A stretch of DNA of 64,000 bases from Paracoccaceae bacterium (GCA_023383015.1 JAHDXW010000013.1:25281-89280); one strand, 5' to 3'; positions 8,887-24,583 are shown, counted from the stretch's first letter. Notes: generated by a model from the letters alone, not told the origin. Numbers and translations are program-made.

Positions 8887-9960
8887 TCAGCCGAAGCGGG
8901 CGGGCGACAGCGCGGCCACGGTCGCGGCGTCGAGGTCGGGCGCCCGCCCGGCGACAAGGTCGGCAAGCAGCCGGCTCGCGGCCGGGGCGGTCTGGAATCC
9001 GTAGCCGCCCTGTCCCGCGGCCCACAGGAACGCGGGCTCCGCCGGGTCGGGGCCGATCACCAGCACCCGGTCGGGGGCGAAGGTCCGCAGCCCCGCCCAG
9101 GAAGCCAGCAGCCGGGTGACCGGCGCCGCCGTCATCGCCTCGAACCGCGCCAGCCCCTCGGCCAGCACCATGTCGTCGGGGAAGGCGTCATGGGGCTCGG
9201 CGGGGTCCTCCTCGGCCGGCGAGACGATCAGCGCGCCGGCGTCGGGCTTGGCATACCAGCCCTCGCCCACCCCGAAGACCATCGGCCAGCCGCGGGCGTC
9301 GTGGCCGCCCGGAACGGCGATGCGCGCCATCGACCGCCGCAGCGGGGTGAAACCCAGCCGGCGCAGCCCGGCCAGAGCCGCCACCTCGTCCACCCAGGCG
9401 CCGGCGGCGTTGACGACCAGCCGCGCCTCGATCGTGCCGGCCGGCGTCGCGGCCGCCCAGCCCGGCCCGGTACGGGCCAGCGAACCGACGCGGGCGCCGG
9501 TCAGCACCCGCGCCCCGTTCGCCCGCGCCTCGCGCAGGAACGACTGCATCAGCCGGTCCGTATCGATGTCCCAGGCGTTCCGGCCCATGGCCGCGAACGC
9601 CACCGCCGCGGGCGAGAGCAGCGGCACCGCGGCCAGCGCCGCGGCGGCGGCGATCTCCTCCAGGCCCATGGCGGCGGCATCGTCCAGGAAGGCCGCGCGC
9701 TCGTCCTCGCGTCCGACCAGCATCAGCCCGCGGGGCGACAGCACCCCGCGGTCGTCGTGCTCGTCGCGACTGGCCCGGTTCAGCGCCCGTACCGCCGGCA
9801 GGCCGTAGCTCGCCTCGAACAGTGCCGCCGAGCGGCCCGAGGCGTGGTAGCCCAGCCGGTCCTCGGCCTCCGCCAGGACCACGGTGCCCAGATGCGACAG
9901 CCGGCCGGCCGCCGCCGCGCCGGCGATGCCGCCGCCGATCACCAGGAAATCCGCCGTCAT
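8887..9960 (-). CDS. FAD-dependent oxidoreductase (DadA / glycine oxidase-like)
   Basis: ORF 8887..9981(-), start at ATG 9960 (MTADFLVIGGGIAGAAAA). DAO-family layout throughout. Confidence 0.8.
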   Translation of the reverse strand: MTADFLVIGGGIAGAAAAGRLSHLGTVVLAEAEDRLGYHASGRSAALFEASYGLPAVRALNRASRDEHDDRGVLSPRGLMLVGREDERAAFLDDAAAMGLEEIAAAAALAAVPLLSPAAVAFAAMGRNAWDIDTDRLMQSFLREARANGARVLTGARVGSLARTGPGWAAATPAGTIEARLVVNAAGAWVDEVAALAGLRRLGFTPLRRSMARIAVPGGHDARGWPMVFGVGEGWYAKPDAGALIVSPAEEDPAEPHDAFPDDMVLAEGLARFEAMTAAPVTRLLASWAGLRTFAPDRVLVIGPDPAEPAFLWAAGQGGYGFQTAPAASRLLADLVAGRAPDLDAATVAALSPARFG

Positions 9961-10068
9961 CCCACACCCCGGCCCGCGCACGGGGCCGCCCCTTCCGCCG
10001 CCGCGGCACGCGCGCCGCGCGGCGGCCCCTGCACCGCCGCGCCGCCCGCGCCGGGCGAGGCTCTCGCC

Positions 10069-11142
10069 TCAGTTCGGGATCGCGCCCTCGATCCCCTCGA
10101 TGTAGAAGTTCATGCCGAGCAGCGTGCCGTCGTCGGCAACCTCGCCCGCGGCAAGCCACGGCGAGCCGTCCTGGCGGTTGATCGGGCCGGTGAACGGGTG
10201 GTAGCTGCCGTCCGAGATCGCCGCCACCATCGCCTCGGCCTCGGCGCGGACATCGGCGGGGATGCGGTCCGAGAAGGGCGACATCACCACCAGCCCCTCC
10301 TTCATGCCCTGCCACACGTCGGTGCTTTCCCAGCTGCCGTCGATCACCGCGCCGACGCGCTCGACGTAGTAGGGGCCCCAGTTGTCGATGATCGCGGTCA
10401 GCTGCGCGGTTGGGCCGAAGGCCTTCATGTCCGAGGCCTGGCCGAAGGCATAGATGCCCTTCTGCTCGGCGATGGCCATCGCCGCGGTCGAATCGGTGTG
10501 CTGCATGATGACGTCGGCGCCCTGTTCGATCAGCGCGTTGGCGGCATCGGCCTCGAGCGCGGGGTCGAACCAGGTGTAGGCCCAGACGACCTTGAACTGC
10601 ACGTCGGGGTTGGCCTTGCGGGCGTGCAGGAAGGCCGCGTTGATCCCCATGACGACCTCGGGGATCGGATAGGAGGCGATGTAGCCGACGACGTTGGTCC
10701 TCGTCATCTTGCCGGCGATGTGGCCGATCACCGCGCGCCCCTCGTAGAAGCGGGCGTTGTAGAGCGCCACGTTCGGATGCTCGCGCTTGTAGCCCGTCGC
10801 GTGCTCGAACTTCACGTTCGGGAAACGCGCGGCGACGTTGTTGATCGGATCCATGTAGCCGAAGGAGGTGGCGAAGATGATGTCGGCCCCCGCCAGCGCC
10901 ATCTGCGTCATCACCCGCTCGGCGTCGGCGCCCTCGGGCACACTCTCGACGTAGGTTGTCTCGACCTTGTCGCCGAAGTGCTCCTCGACCGCGAGGCGGC
11001 CGATGTTGTGCTCGTGCGACCAGCCGAAGTCGCCGATCGGGCCGACGTAGATGTAGCCCACCTTCGCCGGCTCGGCGGCTGCGGGCGCGGCAAGGGCAAG
11101 GGCCAGCACCGCCCCGGCCAGCAAGCGTGTCGTCGTCGTCAT
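10069..11142 (-). CDS. BMP family (purine/nucleoside-type) ABC transporter substrate-binding protein
   Basis: 357 aa with signal peptide MTTTTRLLAGAVLALALAAPAAA. The blocks KVGYIYVGPIGDFGWSHEH and QHTDS are typical of the Bmp/PnrA family. Confidence 0.9.
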   Translation of the reverse strand: MTTTTRLLAGAVLALALAAPAAAEPAKVGYIYVGPIGDFGWSHEHNIGRLAVEEHFGDKVETTYVESVPEGADAERVMTQMALAGADIIFATSFGYMDPINNVAARFPNVKFEHATGYKREHPNVALYNARFYEGRAVIGHIAGKMTRTNVVGYIASYPIPEVVMGINAAFLHARKANPDVQFKVVWAYTWFDPALEADAANALIEQGADVIMQHTDSTAAMAIAEQKGIYAFGQASDMKAFGPTAQLTAIIDNWGPYYVERVGAVIDGSWESTDVWQGMKEGLVVMSPFSDRIPADVRAEAEAMVAAISDGSYHPFTGPINRQDGSPWLAAGEVADDGTLLGMNFYIEGIEGAIPN

Positions 11143-11196
11143 GCACGTCTCCCCTCTTGGTCCGGGTCCGGCTCGGCCCGGCGGTTGGACTGCCGC

Positions 11197-12132
11197 TCAG
11201 CCGGCGGCGTGGAACGGCCGGCCAAGGGCCGCGGGCGCGTTCAGCGCCGCCCGCGTGCGATCGGCCGAGATGATCACAAGCACCACAATGGTCACGACGT
11301 AGGGCGACATGGCAAGATACTCGACCGGAATCTTCACCCCGGCCGCCTGCAGGTTCAGCTGCAGGACCGCGATGCCGCCAAAGAGCCAGGCGCCGAGCAG
11401 CACCCGCCACGGCCGCCAGGATGCGAACACCACGAGCGCGAGCGCGATCCAGCCGGCGCCGGCGGTCATGCCCTCGGTCCATTGCGGCACCCGCACCAGG
11501 CTCAGATGCGCTCCCCCGAGCCCCGCGCAGGCGCCCCCGAAGACCACCGCCGCCGCCCGCACCCGCCGCACCCCGAAGCCGAGGGCATGGGCGGCGTCGT
11601 GGCTTTCGCCCACCGCCCGCAGGATCAGCCCGGCGCGGGTGTAGCGCAGGAAGGCCCACACCCCGGCGACCAGCGCGAGGCCGGCATAGACCAGCACGTC
11701 ATGGGCGAAGAGCAGCCGGCCCGCCACCGGCAGATCCGTCAGCCCGGGCAGGTCCAGCCGCCCTGCCGGCGGCGGGCGGACGCCGATGTAGCCCTGCCCG
11801 ATCAGCGCCGAAAGACCGAGGCCGAACATCGTCAGCGCCAGCCCGGTGGCCACCTGGTTGGCCAGAAGCCCCAGCACCAGCAGCGCGAACAGGGCCGCCA
11901 GCGCCGCCCCCCCCGCCGCCGCGGCAAGCAGGCCGAGCCAGACATCGCCGGTGGCCACGGCCGCGGCGAAGCCGACCACCGCGCCAAGGATCATCATGCC
12001 CTCGACACCGAGGTTCAGCACGCCGGCCCGCTCGGCCACGAGTTCGCCGATCGCCGCCAGCAGGATCGGCGTCGACGCCACGATCAGCGCGGCGGCGACG
12101 GCGATCGGGTCGATGCCGGCCAGCCCGCTCAT
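11197..12132 (-). CDS. ABC transporter permease (BMP-type system)
   Basis: C-terminal 311 aa of ORF 11197..12867(-), starting at ATG 12132 (MSGLAGIDPI...). Multi-TM. ATGA overlap with the upstream permease stop. Confidence 0.9.
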   Translation of the reverse strand: MSGLAGIDPIAVAAALIVASTPILLAAIGELVAERAGVLNLGVEGMMILGAVVGFAAAVATGDVWLGLLAAAAGGAALAALFALLVLGLLANQVATGLALTMFGLGLSALIGQGYIGVRPPPAGRLDLPGLTDLPVAGRLLFAHDVLVYAGLALVAGVWAFLRYTRAGLILRAVGESHDAAHALGFGVRRVRAAAVVFGGACAGLGGAHLSLVRVPQWTEGMTAGAGWIALALVVFASWRPWRVLLGAWLFGGIAVLQLNLQAAGVKIPVEYLAMSPYVVTIVVLVIISADRTRAALNAPAALGRPFHAAG

Positions 12133-13214
12133 GCCGCCGCCCTCCGCCCCAGCCGCAGCCGGTAGTTCGCCGCTAGGTCGAGGCCGAGCAGGAAGAACAG
12201 CAGCATTCCCTGGAATGCCTGGATCGCGGCGGCCGGCAGGCCGATGACGAACTGCGCGATCTCGCCGCCGATGTAGGTGAGTGCCATCAGGAACCCCGCC
12301 AGCAGGATGCCGGCCGGGTGCAGCCGGCCGAGGAAGGCGACGATGATCGCGGTGAACCCGTAGCCCGAGCCGAAGTCGATCCGGATCTGGCCGGCCGGCC
12401 CGGCGACCTCGAACAGCCCGGCCAGCCCCGCGAGGGCCCCCGACAGGCCCATGCAGGCGAGCGTCAGCCGGCCGGGGCTGACGCCGGCGAAGCGCGCCGC
12501 GCGGGGCGCCAGCCCCGCCAGCCGCGCCTGGAATCCCAGCCGGTGGCGGGCGAGCACCAGCCAGATCACCGCCACCGCCAGGAACGCCGCCACCACCCCC
12601 CAGTGCAGCCCGGTGCCCGGGATCAGCTCGGGGTTGGAGGCGGCGGGATAGCGCGCGAGGTTGCGCGAGCCGGGAAAGCCCGAGGCCTCGGGGTTGCGCA
12701 GCCGGCCGACCGCCATCGCCGCGACGATCTTCTCGGCGACGTAGACCAGCATCAGCGACACCAGGATCTCGCTGGTACCGAAGCGCACCTTCAGCAGCGC
12801 CGGGATCATCGCCCAGGCCCAGCCGCCCAGCCCCCCCGCCAGCACCATCAGCGGAAAGATGTACCACCCCCCGAGCGGGTAGAAGGCCAGCCCGACGGCG
12901 GCGCCGCAGATCGCGCCGACGATGTACTGCCCCTCCGCGCCGATGTTCCAGATGCCGGCCCGGAAGCCCAGCGCAAGCCCGGTCGCGATCAGGATCAGCG
13001 GCCCGGCCTTGACCAGGAGCTGGGGCCGCGAGAAGGCGGCATACTGCGGGCTGAAGAGCGGATCCCAGAAGATCGTGCGGATCGTCGCCACCGGGTCCTT
13101 GCCGAGCATGGCGAACATCACCCCGCCCGCGACCATCGTCAGCGCGACCGCCAGCACCGGGGTGCCCGCGGTCCAGAAAGCCGAAGGCGCGGGGCGCCGC
13201 TCAAGCCGGATCAT
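12129..13214 (-). CDS. ABC transporter permease (BMP-type system)
   Basis: ORF 12129..13256(-), start at ATG 13214 (MIRLERRP...). Overlaps the ATPase stop by 14 nt. Confidence 0.9.
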   Translation of the reverse strand: MIRLERRPAPSAFWTAGTPVLAVALTMVAGGVMFAMLGKDPVATIRTIFWDPLFSPQYAAFSRPQLLVKAGPLILIATGLALGFRAGIWNIGAEGQYIVGAICGAAVGLAFYPLGGWYIFPLMVLAGGLGGWAWAMIPALLKVRFGTSEILVSLMLVYVAEKIVAAMAVGRLRNPEASGFPGSRNLARYPAASNPELIPGTGLHWGVVAAFLAVAVIWLVLARHRLGFQARLAGLAPRAARFAGVSPGRLTLACMGLSGALAGLAGLFEVAGPAGQIRIDFGSGYGFTAIIVAFLGRLHPAGILLAGFLMALTYIGGEIAQFVIGLPAAAIQAFQGMLLFFLLGLDLAANYRLRLGRRAAA

Positions 13215-14754
13215 GGGCAAGCCTCCCCGCTTCCGGCCTTGCCGCCTGCATGCCATGCGCCCCGCCGAGCATCAGCCCGATCTCGCGCAGGGTCAGCCCC
13301 TCCACCGGGCGGGCGGCTGACAGCCGCCCCTCGTTCAGCGCCGCGAAGCGGTGCGCAAGCTCGAGCAGTTCGTCGAGATCCTGGCTGATCACCACCACCG
13401 CCGCGCCCCCCGCCGCAAGGTCGATCAGCGCCTGGCGGATCGTCGCCGCCGCCGCCGCATCCACGCCCCAGGTCGGCTGGTTCACGACCAGGGCCCGCGG
13501 ACGCTGCAGGATCTCGCGGCCGATGACGAACTTCTGCAGGTTGCCGCCCGACAGCGCCCGGGCCGGCACCTCGGTCCCCGGCGTGCGCACGTCGAAGGCC
13601 GCGACGACGCGGGCGGCGAAGGCGCGGGCGGCGCGCCAGTCGATCATCCCGCGGCGGACCAGACGCTCGCGCACGGCCCCGGTCAGCAGCGCGTTCTCGG
13701 TCAGCGTCATGTCGGGCGCCGCGGCATGGCCCAGCCGTTCCTCGGGGGCGGCGCAGAGGCCGGCGGCGCGCCGCGCCGCGGGGCCGAGCGCGCCGATCGG
13801 CCGGCCGTCCAGCCGCACCGCCGCGGCTGCCGCCCGCCTTTCGCCCGACAGCGCCGCCAGAAGCTCGTCCTGGCCGTTGCCCGCCACCCCGCCGATGCCG
13901 AGGATCTCGCCGGCCGCCACCGTCAGCCCGACCTCGCGCAGCGCCCGCCCGTGCGGGCCGGCCGGTGGCAGCGACAGCCCCGCGACCTCCAGGACCGGCG
14001 CCCCGCCGGGCGCGGCGGCGCGGGCGGCCGGGGCGATCAGCCGGCCCACCATCATCTCGGCCAGTTCGCGCGCCGCGCGCTGGCGGGGGTCGCAGCCGGC
14101 CACCACCTTGCCGCCGCGCAGGATCGTCGCGCTCTCGCAGAGAAGGATGATCTCCTCGAGCTTGTGGCTGATGTAGAGGATCGAGGTGCCCTCGGCGGCG
14201 ATCCGCCTCAGCGTGCCGAACAGGATCTCCACCTCCTGCGGGGTCAGCACGCTGGTCGGCTCGTCCATGATCAGGAGCCGCGGCTCCTGCAGGAGGCAGC
14301 GGACGATCTCGACGCGCTGGCGCTCGCCCGCCGAGAGGTCGGCAACCGGCCGGTCGGGGTCGAGCGGCAGGCCGTAGGCCCCGCTCACCGCCCGGATGCG
14401 GGCGGTCAGCCGGCGCATCGGCGGCGGCCGCTCCATCCCGAGGGCGACGTTCTCGGCCACCGTCAGCGCCTCGAACAGCGAGAAGTGCTGGAACACCATC
14501 GCCACCCCGGCGGCGCGGGCGGCCGCCGGCGAGGCCGGCGCATAGGGCGCCCCGGCGAGCCGCATCCGCCCGGCATCGGGCCGCACCAGGCCGTAGATGA
14601 TCTTGACCAGCGTCGACTTGCCCGCGCCGTTCTCGCCCAGCAGGGCATGCACCGCCCCGTGCCTGATCGCGAACGACACCCCGGCGTTGGCGACGACCCC
14701 GGGGTAGGCCTTGGTGATCCCCTCGACCTCGAGCAGGGGGGGGCCGGCGGTCAT
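13201..14754 (-). CDS. ABC transporter ATP-binding protein with duplicated ATPase domains
   Basis: C-terminal 517 aa of ORF 13201..15717(-), starting at ATG 14754. First Walker A is GENGAGKST, with LSAGERQRVEI and IMDEPTS. The second half carries LSGGNLQKFVIGRE. ATGA overlap with the xdhC stop. Confidence 0.9.
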   Translation of the reverse strand: MTAGPPLLEVEGITKAYPGVVANAGVSFAIRHGAVHALLGENGAGKSTLVKIIYGLVRPDAGRMRLAGAPYAPASPAAARAAGVAMVFQHFSLFEALTVAENVALGMERPPPMRRLTARIRAVSGAYGLPLDPDRPVADLSAGERQRVEIVRCLLQEPRLLIMDEPTSVLTPQEVEILFGTLRRIAAEGTSILYISHKLEEIILLCESATILRGGKVVAGCDPRQRAARELAEMMVGRLIAPAARAAAPGGAPVLEVAGLSLPPAGPHGRALREVGLTVAAGEILGIGGVAGNGQDELLAALSGERRAAAAAVRLDGRPIGALGPAARRAAGLCAAPEERLGHAAAPDMTLTENALLTGAVRERLVRRGMIDWRAARAFAARVVAAFDVRTPGTEVPARALSGGNLQKFVIGREILQRPRALVVNQPTWGVDAAAAATIRQALIDLAAGGAAVVVISQDLDELLELAHRFAALNEGRLSAARPVEGLTLREIGLMLGGAHGMQAARPEAGRLAHDPA

Positions 14755-15751
14755 GCTCCGGCTCCGGCGGCTCGGCCGCGGGCAGCCGCGGCCGTGGACA
14801 GCAGCGCCGCGGCGACGCCGATGGCGATCGCCTGCGGATGCTTGCCGAGCGCGGGGTCGCCGATCGGGCAGTCGATGCGGTCGATCTGCGCCGGCGCGTG
14901 GCCGAGCGCGGCGAGTCGGGCGCGGAAGCGGGCGCGCTTCGATGCCGAGCCGATCAGCCCGAGCGCGGCGAAGCCGTGGCCGAGGAGCGCGTGGCAGAGC
15001 GCGAGGTCGAGGGCGTGGGAATAGGTCACGACCAGGTGCCGCGCCGCCGCCGGCGCCTGCCCGACCAGCGCCACCGGATCGGCCGCGGCGAGCACCTGCA
15101 CCCCCGCCGGCACCGCCGCCGGGAAGCGGGCGGCGTCGGTGTCGACCCAGGTGATCGCGAAGTCCGGCAGCGGCGCCAGCGTCGCCACGATCGCCCGGCC
15201 GACATGCCCCGCCCCCCAGACCCAGAGGTCGCGGGCGGGCCGTGCGACCGGCTCGGCCAGCCAGCCCGCCTTCCAGATCAGCGCCGCCACCCCCTCGCCG
15301 CGCGCCTCCCTCAGCGCCCGGGCGATGGAAAGGGGCATCGCCTCCGTCCCCTCGAACCGGCGGGCGTGCATTCCCGCCGCCGGGATCGCGGCCAGGGCGG
15401 CGGCGTCGATGCGCTCGTAGACAAGCGTCACCGCCCCGCCGCAGCACTGGCCGAGCGCGGGGCCGAGCGGCAGCCGCTCGGCAAGGCGCGCGCCCGGCGC
15501 GCCGTCCCCGCCCGCGTCCCCGCCCGCGTCCCCGCCCGCGCCCGGCGCCGCACCGGCCAGCAGCGCGCGCGCCCGCGCCGCCGCCTGCCATTCTAGCGCC
15601 CCGCCGCCCACCGTTCCCGACTGGCCGTCCGCCCAGACGAGCATCGCCGCCCCCGCCTCGCGCGGGGAGGACCCCTGATGGCCCGCGACCACCACCCGCA
15701 CCACCGCGCCGTGGCAAGCGACGGCCCCGGCAAGGGCGGCGCGGTCGAGGC

Positions 15752-15755
<4 letters not shown>
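14751..15755 (-). CDS. xdhC: xanthine dehydrogenase accessory (Moco insertion) protein XdhC
   Basis: ORF 14751..15959(-). GTG start at 15755 overlaps the xdhB stop (GTGA). Contains the GSSPRE and CCGG motifs plus a Rossmann-like WVWGAGHVG. Lies directly downstream of xdhAB. Confidence 0.85.
15504..15539. repeat. perfect 12-nt tandem repeat x3 (GTCCCCGCCCGC) inside xdhC
   Basis: Counted directly. It encodes GDAGGDAGGDAG in XdhC. Confidence 0.9.
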
Positions 15756-18081
<2,326 letters not shown>

Positions 18082-18085
<4 letters not shown>

Positions 18086-19488
18086 GGGCGGACCTCCAGC
18101 ACATCTACCGTCACGCCCATGTCCTCAAGCAGGCAGCGCCGCAGCATCGCGCGGGCGGCGGCCATCCGGTAGCCGGCCGAGGCGCGCATGTCGCTGATCG
18201 GGGCGAAGTCGGCCTCGAAGGCAGGCATCGCGGCGGCGACCGTCGCTTCCGTCCACGGCCGGCCGAGGAGCGCCGCCTCCACCGCCCGCGCCCGCGTCGG
18301 CACCCCGGCCATGCCGCCGAAGCCGATCCGCGCTGCCGCCACGCGCCCCTCCTCGACGGCGACCGAGAAGCAGCCGCAGACGGACGAGATGTCCTGGTCG
18401 AAGCGCTTGGAGAGCTTGTAGCAGCGCAGCCGGTCGGGCTGGCGGGGAAAGCTGACCGCCTCGACGAACTCGCCCGGCCGGCGGTCCTGCCGGCGGTAGG
18501 CAAGGAAGAAGTCCTCGAGCGCGAGCGTCCGCCGCTCCGGCCCGCGGCGCAGGTGCAGCCGGGCGCCCAGCGCGACCAGTGCCGGCGCCCCGTCGCCGAT
18601 GGGCGAGCCGTTGGCGATGTTGCCGCCGATCGTGGCCGCCGCCCGCACCTGCTCGGATCCGTAGCGGCGCAGCAGCTCCGCAAGGCCCGGGTGCAGGGGC
18701 GCCATCGCCCGGCGCAGCGCGGCGATGGTGACGGCGGCGCCGATGCGCACCTCCGTCGCGCCGATCTCGATCCGCGCCAGCTCGTCGATGCCGGCGATGA
18801 AGGCCACCGGGCCGAGCGGGCACAGCTCCTTGGTCACCCGCAGCGCGACGTCGGTCGCCCCGGCAACAAGCGTGCCCTCGGGATGGGCGAGGCACCAGCG
18901 GGCCAGCGCATCAGCGGTCCGCGGCCTCGCCACCGGGGCAGGGGGGGTGTCGGCCGCCTCCTCCGCCCCGCCCTCCGCCGTGCCGGCCGCCGACAGCGCG
19001 CGGGCATCGTGCTGCATCCACTCCGGCACCGGCGCCCCGGCTGCCGCCTCGGCGGCGCGGACGATGGGCGCATAGCCGGTGCAGCGGCAGAGGTTGCCGG
19101 CCAGCACGTCGTCATGGTCGCGCCGGCCGGCCAGATGCGCCACCGCAAGCGACACGACGATGCCCGGCGTGCAGAACCCGCACTGGCTGGCGTGGTGGTC
19201 GACCAGCGCCGCCTGCACGGGGTGCAGCGCGCCCTCCGGGCCGGCGATGCCCTCGACCGTGCGCACCGCCTTGCCGTGCAGCTGGGGCAGAAACAGGATG
19301 CAGGCGTTGACCGCCCGGCTGCCGGCGGCATCGGTCAGCATCACCGTGCAGGCGCCGCAGTCGCCCTCGGCGCAGCCCTCCTTGGTGCCGGTCAGCCGCC
19401 GCACCTCGCGCAGCCAGTCGAGCAGGGTCTCGGACGGGCCGGCGGTCGTGCGCACCGGCGCGCCGTTCAGCAGGAAGGAGACTTCCAT
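18082..19488 (-). CDS. xdhA: xanthine dehydrogenase, small subunit (2Fe-2S plus FAD-binding)
   Basis: 468 aa. N-terminal plant-type ferredoxin Cys pattern [11 protein letters not shown], a second cluster CGFCTPG, and a FAD-binding CO-dehydrogenase-flavoprotein domain. Confidence 0.95.
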
Positions 19489-19657
19489 CGGACACCCGCC
19501 GCCTTACCCATCCCCTCCCCGTGGCGCGCGGTCGATGCGGCGTAGAGCGCGCGCAGAGGGCATTTGAAGCCCGCGCCCGGCCCTTTGGCAAGGGGTTGAT
19601 CGGGGCAGGGTCGACGCCGGGTTGCAGACCGCCGGCGCCGGACGCTAGCCTCCGCCC

Positions 19658-23101
<3,444 letters not shown>

Positions 23102-23118
23102 CGCCGTGCCGGTCGCAC

Positions 23119-23179
23119 CCGGAACCGCCCCGCGGCCCCCCGCCGCGGTGCCGGGGGCGCCGCCGGTGGGCGGTTCCGG
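23119..23179 (+). terminator. compound GC-rich stem-loop just downstream of dnaE
   Basis: CCGGAACCGCCC (23119..23130) pairs perfectly with GGGCGGTTCCGG (23168..23179). An inner hairpin is CGCGGC-ccccc-GCCGCG (23131..23147). There is no U-tract. Confidence 0.4.
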
Positions 23180-23230
23180 CCGGAGAGGAAATGCACTAGA
23201 TGCGGGGCAGCCGCCCGCAGGAGCACGCCA

Positions 23231-23635
23231 ATGATCGGCCGTCTGAACCACGTCGCCATCGCCGTCCCCGATCTCGAGGCCGCCGCCGCGCAGTACCGCG
23301 GCATCCTCGGCGCCCGGGTCGGCGCCCCCCGGCCCGAGCCCGCCCACGGCGTCACCGTCGTCTTCATCGACCTGCCGAACACCAAGGTCGAACTCCTGCA
23401 TCCGCTCGGCCCCGACAGCCCGATCGCCGGCTTCCTCGCCAGGAATCCGGGCGGCGGCATCCATCACCTGTGCTTCGAGGTCGACGACATCCTCGCCGCC
23501 CGCGACCACCTCCGCGCCGCCGGCGCGCGGGTGCTGGGTCCGGGCGAGCCGCGGACCGGGGCCCACGGCAAGCCGGTCCTTTTCCTGCACCCCAAGGACT
23601 TCAACGGCACGCTGATCGAGCTCGAGCAGGCCTGA
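23231..23635 (+). CDS. mce: methylmalonyl-CoA epimerase
   Basis: 134 aa, VOC/glyoxalase fold. LNHVAIAVPDL...GGIHHLCFEVDDI...GTLIELEQ is typical of Mce. Confidence 0.9.
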   Translation: MIGRLNHVAIAVPDLEAAAAQYRGILGARVGAPRPEPAHGVTVVFIDLPNTKVELLHPLGPDSPIAGFLARNPGGGIHHLCFEVDDILAARDHLRAAGARVLGPGEPRTGAHGKPVLFLHPKDFNGTLIELEQA

Positions 23636-23928
23636 TGACGATCACCTCCGCCATCGTGCTCTATGCCGTGCTGTGGTTCCTCGTGCTGTTCGTGGTGCTG
23701 CCGCTCCGGCTGACCACCCAGGGAGAGGCCGGCCATGTGGTGCCCGGCACCCCGGAATCGGCGCCCCACGACGCCGGCCTGCCGCGCAAGATGCGCATCG
23801 TCACCGCGGTGGCCGCGGTGCTGTGGCTGGCGATCGCCGGCACCGTCCTGTCGGGCGCGATCAGCGTCCGCGATCTCGACTGGTTCGGGCGGATGGGGCC
23901 GCCGCCAGCCGGTGAAAGAGGTGGGTGA
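23635..23928 (+). CDS. DUF1467 family small membrane protein
   Basis: ATG at 23635 overlaps the mce stop by one base (TGATG: the final A of the TGA is the A of the ATG). Reads MTITSAIVLYAVLWFLVLFVVLP...GTPESAP. Corresponds to the tail of ORF 23200..23928(+). Confidence 0.7.
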   Translation: MTITSAIVLYAVLWFLVLFVVLPLRLTTQGEAGHVVPGTPESAPHDAGLPRKMRIVTAVAAVLWLAIAGTVLSGAISVRDLDWFGRMGPPPAGERGG

Positions 23929-24583
23929 AGGTCGCCGCGCCGAGGACCGGGATGACGAGGTTGACCAGCGGCACCGACAGCGGCACCGCCATCAGCACGC
24001 CGGCGACCCAGATGCGCCCGGTGTTGCGCGCCCGAAGGTCGCGCGCCCCCTTGCGGCCCAGCCGCCGCATCGCCACCAGCATGAAGTACTCGCGCCCGAG
24101 CAGCAGACCGTTCAGCGCCCAGAAGACCAGCGGGATCGCCGGGCCGGCGAAGGCGTAGGCGATCAGCGCGATCACGTTCACCCCGACCAGCAGGCCGAAG
24201 TAGTTGACGCTGTCGACCACCGCCTCCCAGGCCGGGATCGGCGGGGCCGGCGGCAGATGGGGGTAGTGGCGCGCCTCCACCGCCGCCGCCACGTCCTCCA
24301 GGAAGAGCCCGGTGAAGGCCGAGGCGACGGGCACCATCAGGAACACCGACAGCCCGGTCATGAACAGGATCGAGCCGAGCGACAAGAGCGTCCCCACCCC
24401 CTGCACCTCGCCGACCAGGGGCAGGGTGATGGTCCCGGGCGTCAGCCACTGGATCACCCACAGGAAGACCCCGTAGATCGCGAACAGCAGCACCAGCGCC
24501 AGCGCGATGCCGAGCCACACCACCCGCCTGAAGCGGGGGTCGGAGAACTGGGCGACCGCCTTGAGGAAATCGCCGAGGATCAT
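23861..24583 (-). CDS. EI24 / CysZ-like membrane protein
   Basis: 240 aa, multi-TM. N-terminus ILGDFLKAVAQFSDPRFRRV is typical of the EI24 domain family. ATGA overlap with the nitroreductase stop. Confidence 0.75.
   Translation of the reverse strand: MILGDFLKAVAQFSDPRFRRVVWLGIALALVLLFAIYGVFLWVIQWLTPGTITLPLVGEVQGVGTLLSLGSILFMTGLSVFLMVPVASAFTGLFLEDVAAAVEARHYPHLPPAPPIPAWEAVVDSVNYFGLLVGVNVIALIAYAFAGPAIPLVFWALNGLLLGREYFMLVAMRRLGRKGARDLRARNTGRIWVAGVLMAVPLSVPLVNLVIPVLGAATFTHLFHRLAAAPSARTSRDRGR

Noticed and set aside
9188-12165. Pair of 823-aa (minus) and 991-aa (plus) ORFs spanning the BMP transporter region
   Set aside because: They are off-frame or antisense to the clearly recognisable FAD oxidoreductase, BMP binding protein and permease genes. 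Their translations are low-complexity.
13201-15717. 838-aa ORF suggesting an N-terminally extended ABC ATPase
   Set aside because: The extension reads through xdhC in another frame. An ATG at 14754 with an ATGA overlap to the xdhC stop gives a normal 517-aa double-ATPase.
19621-19650. TTGCAG-N18-TAGCCT as a dnaE promoter implying a leaderless mRNA
   Set aside because: The match to consensus is weak, and the -10 would end only 7 nt before the ATG. This is too speculative without TSS data.
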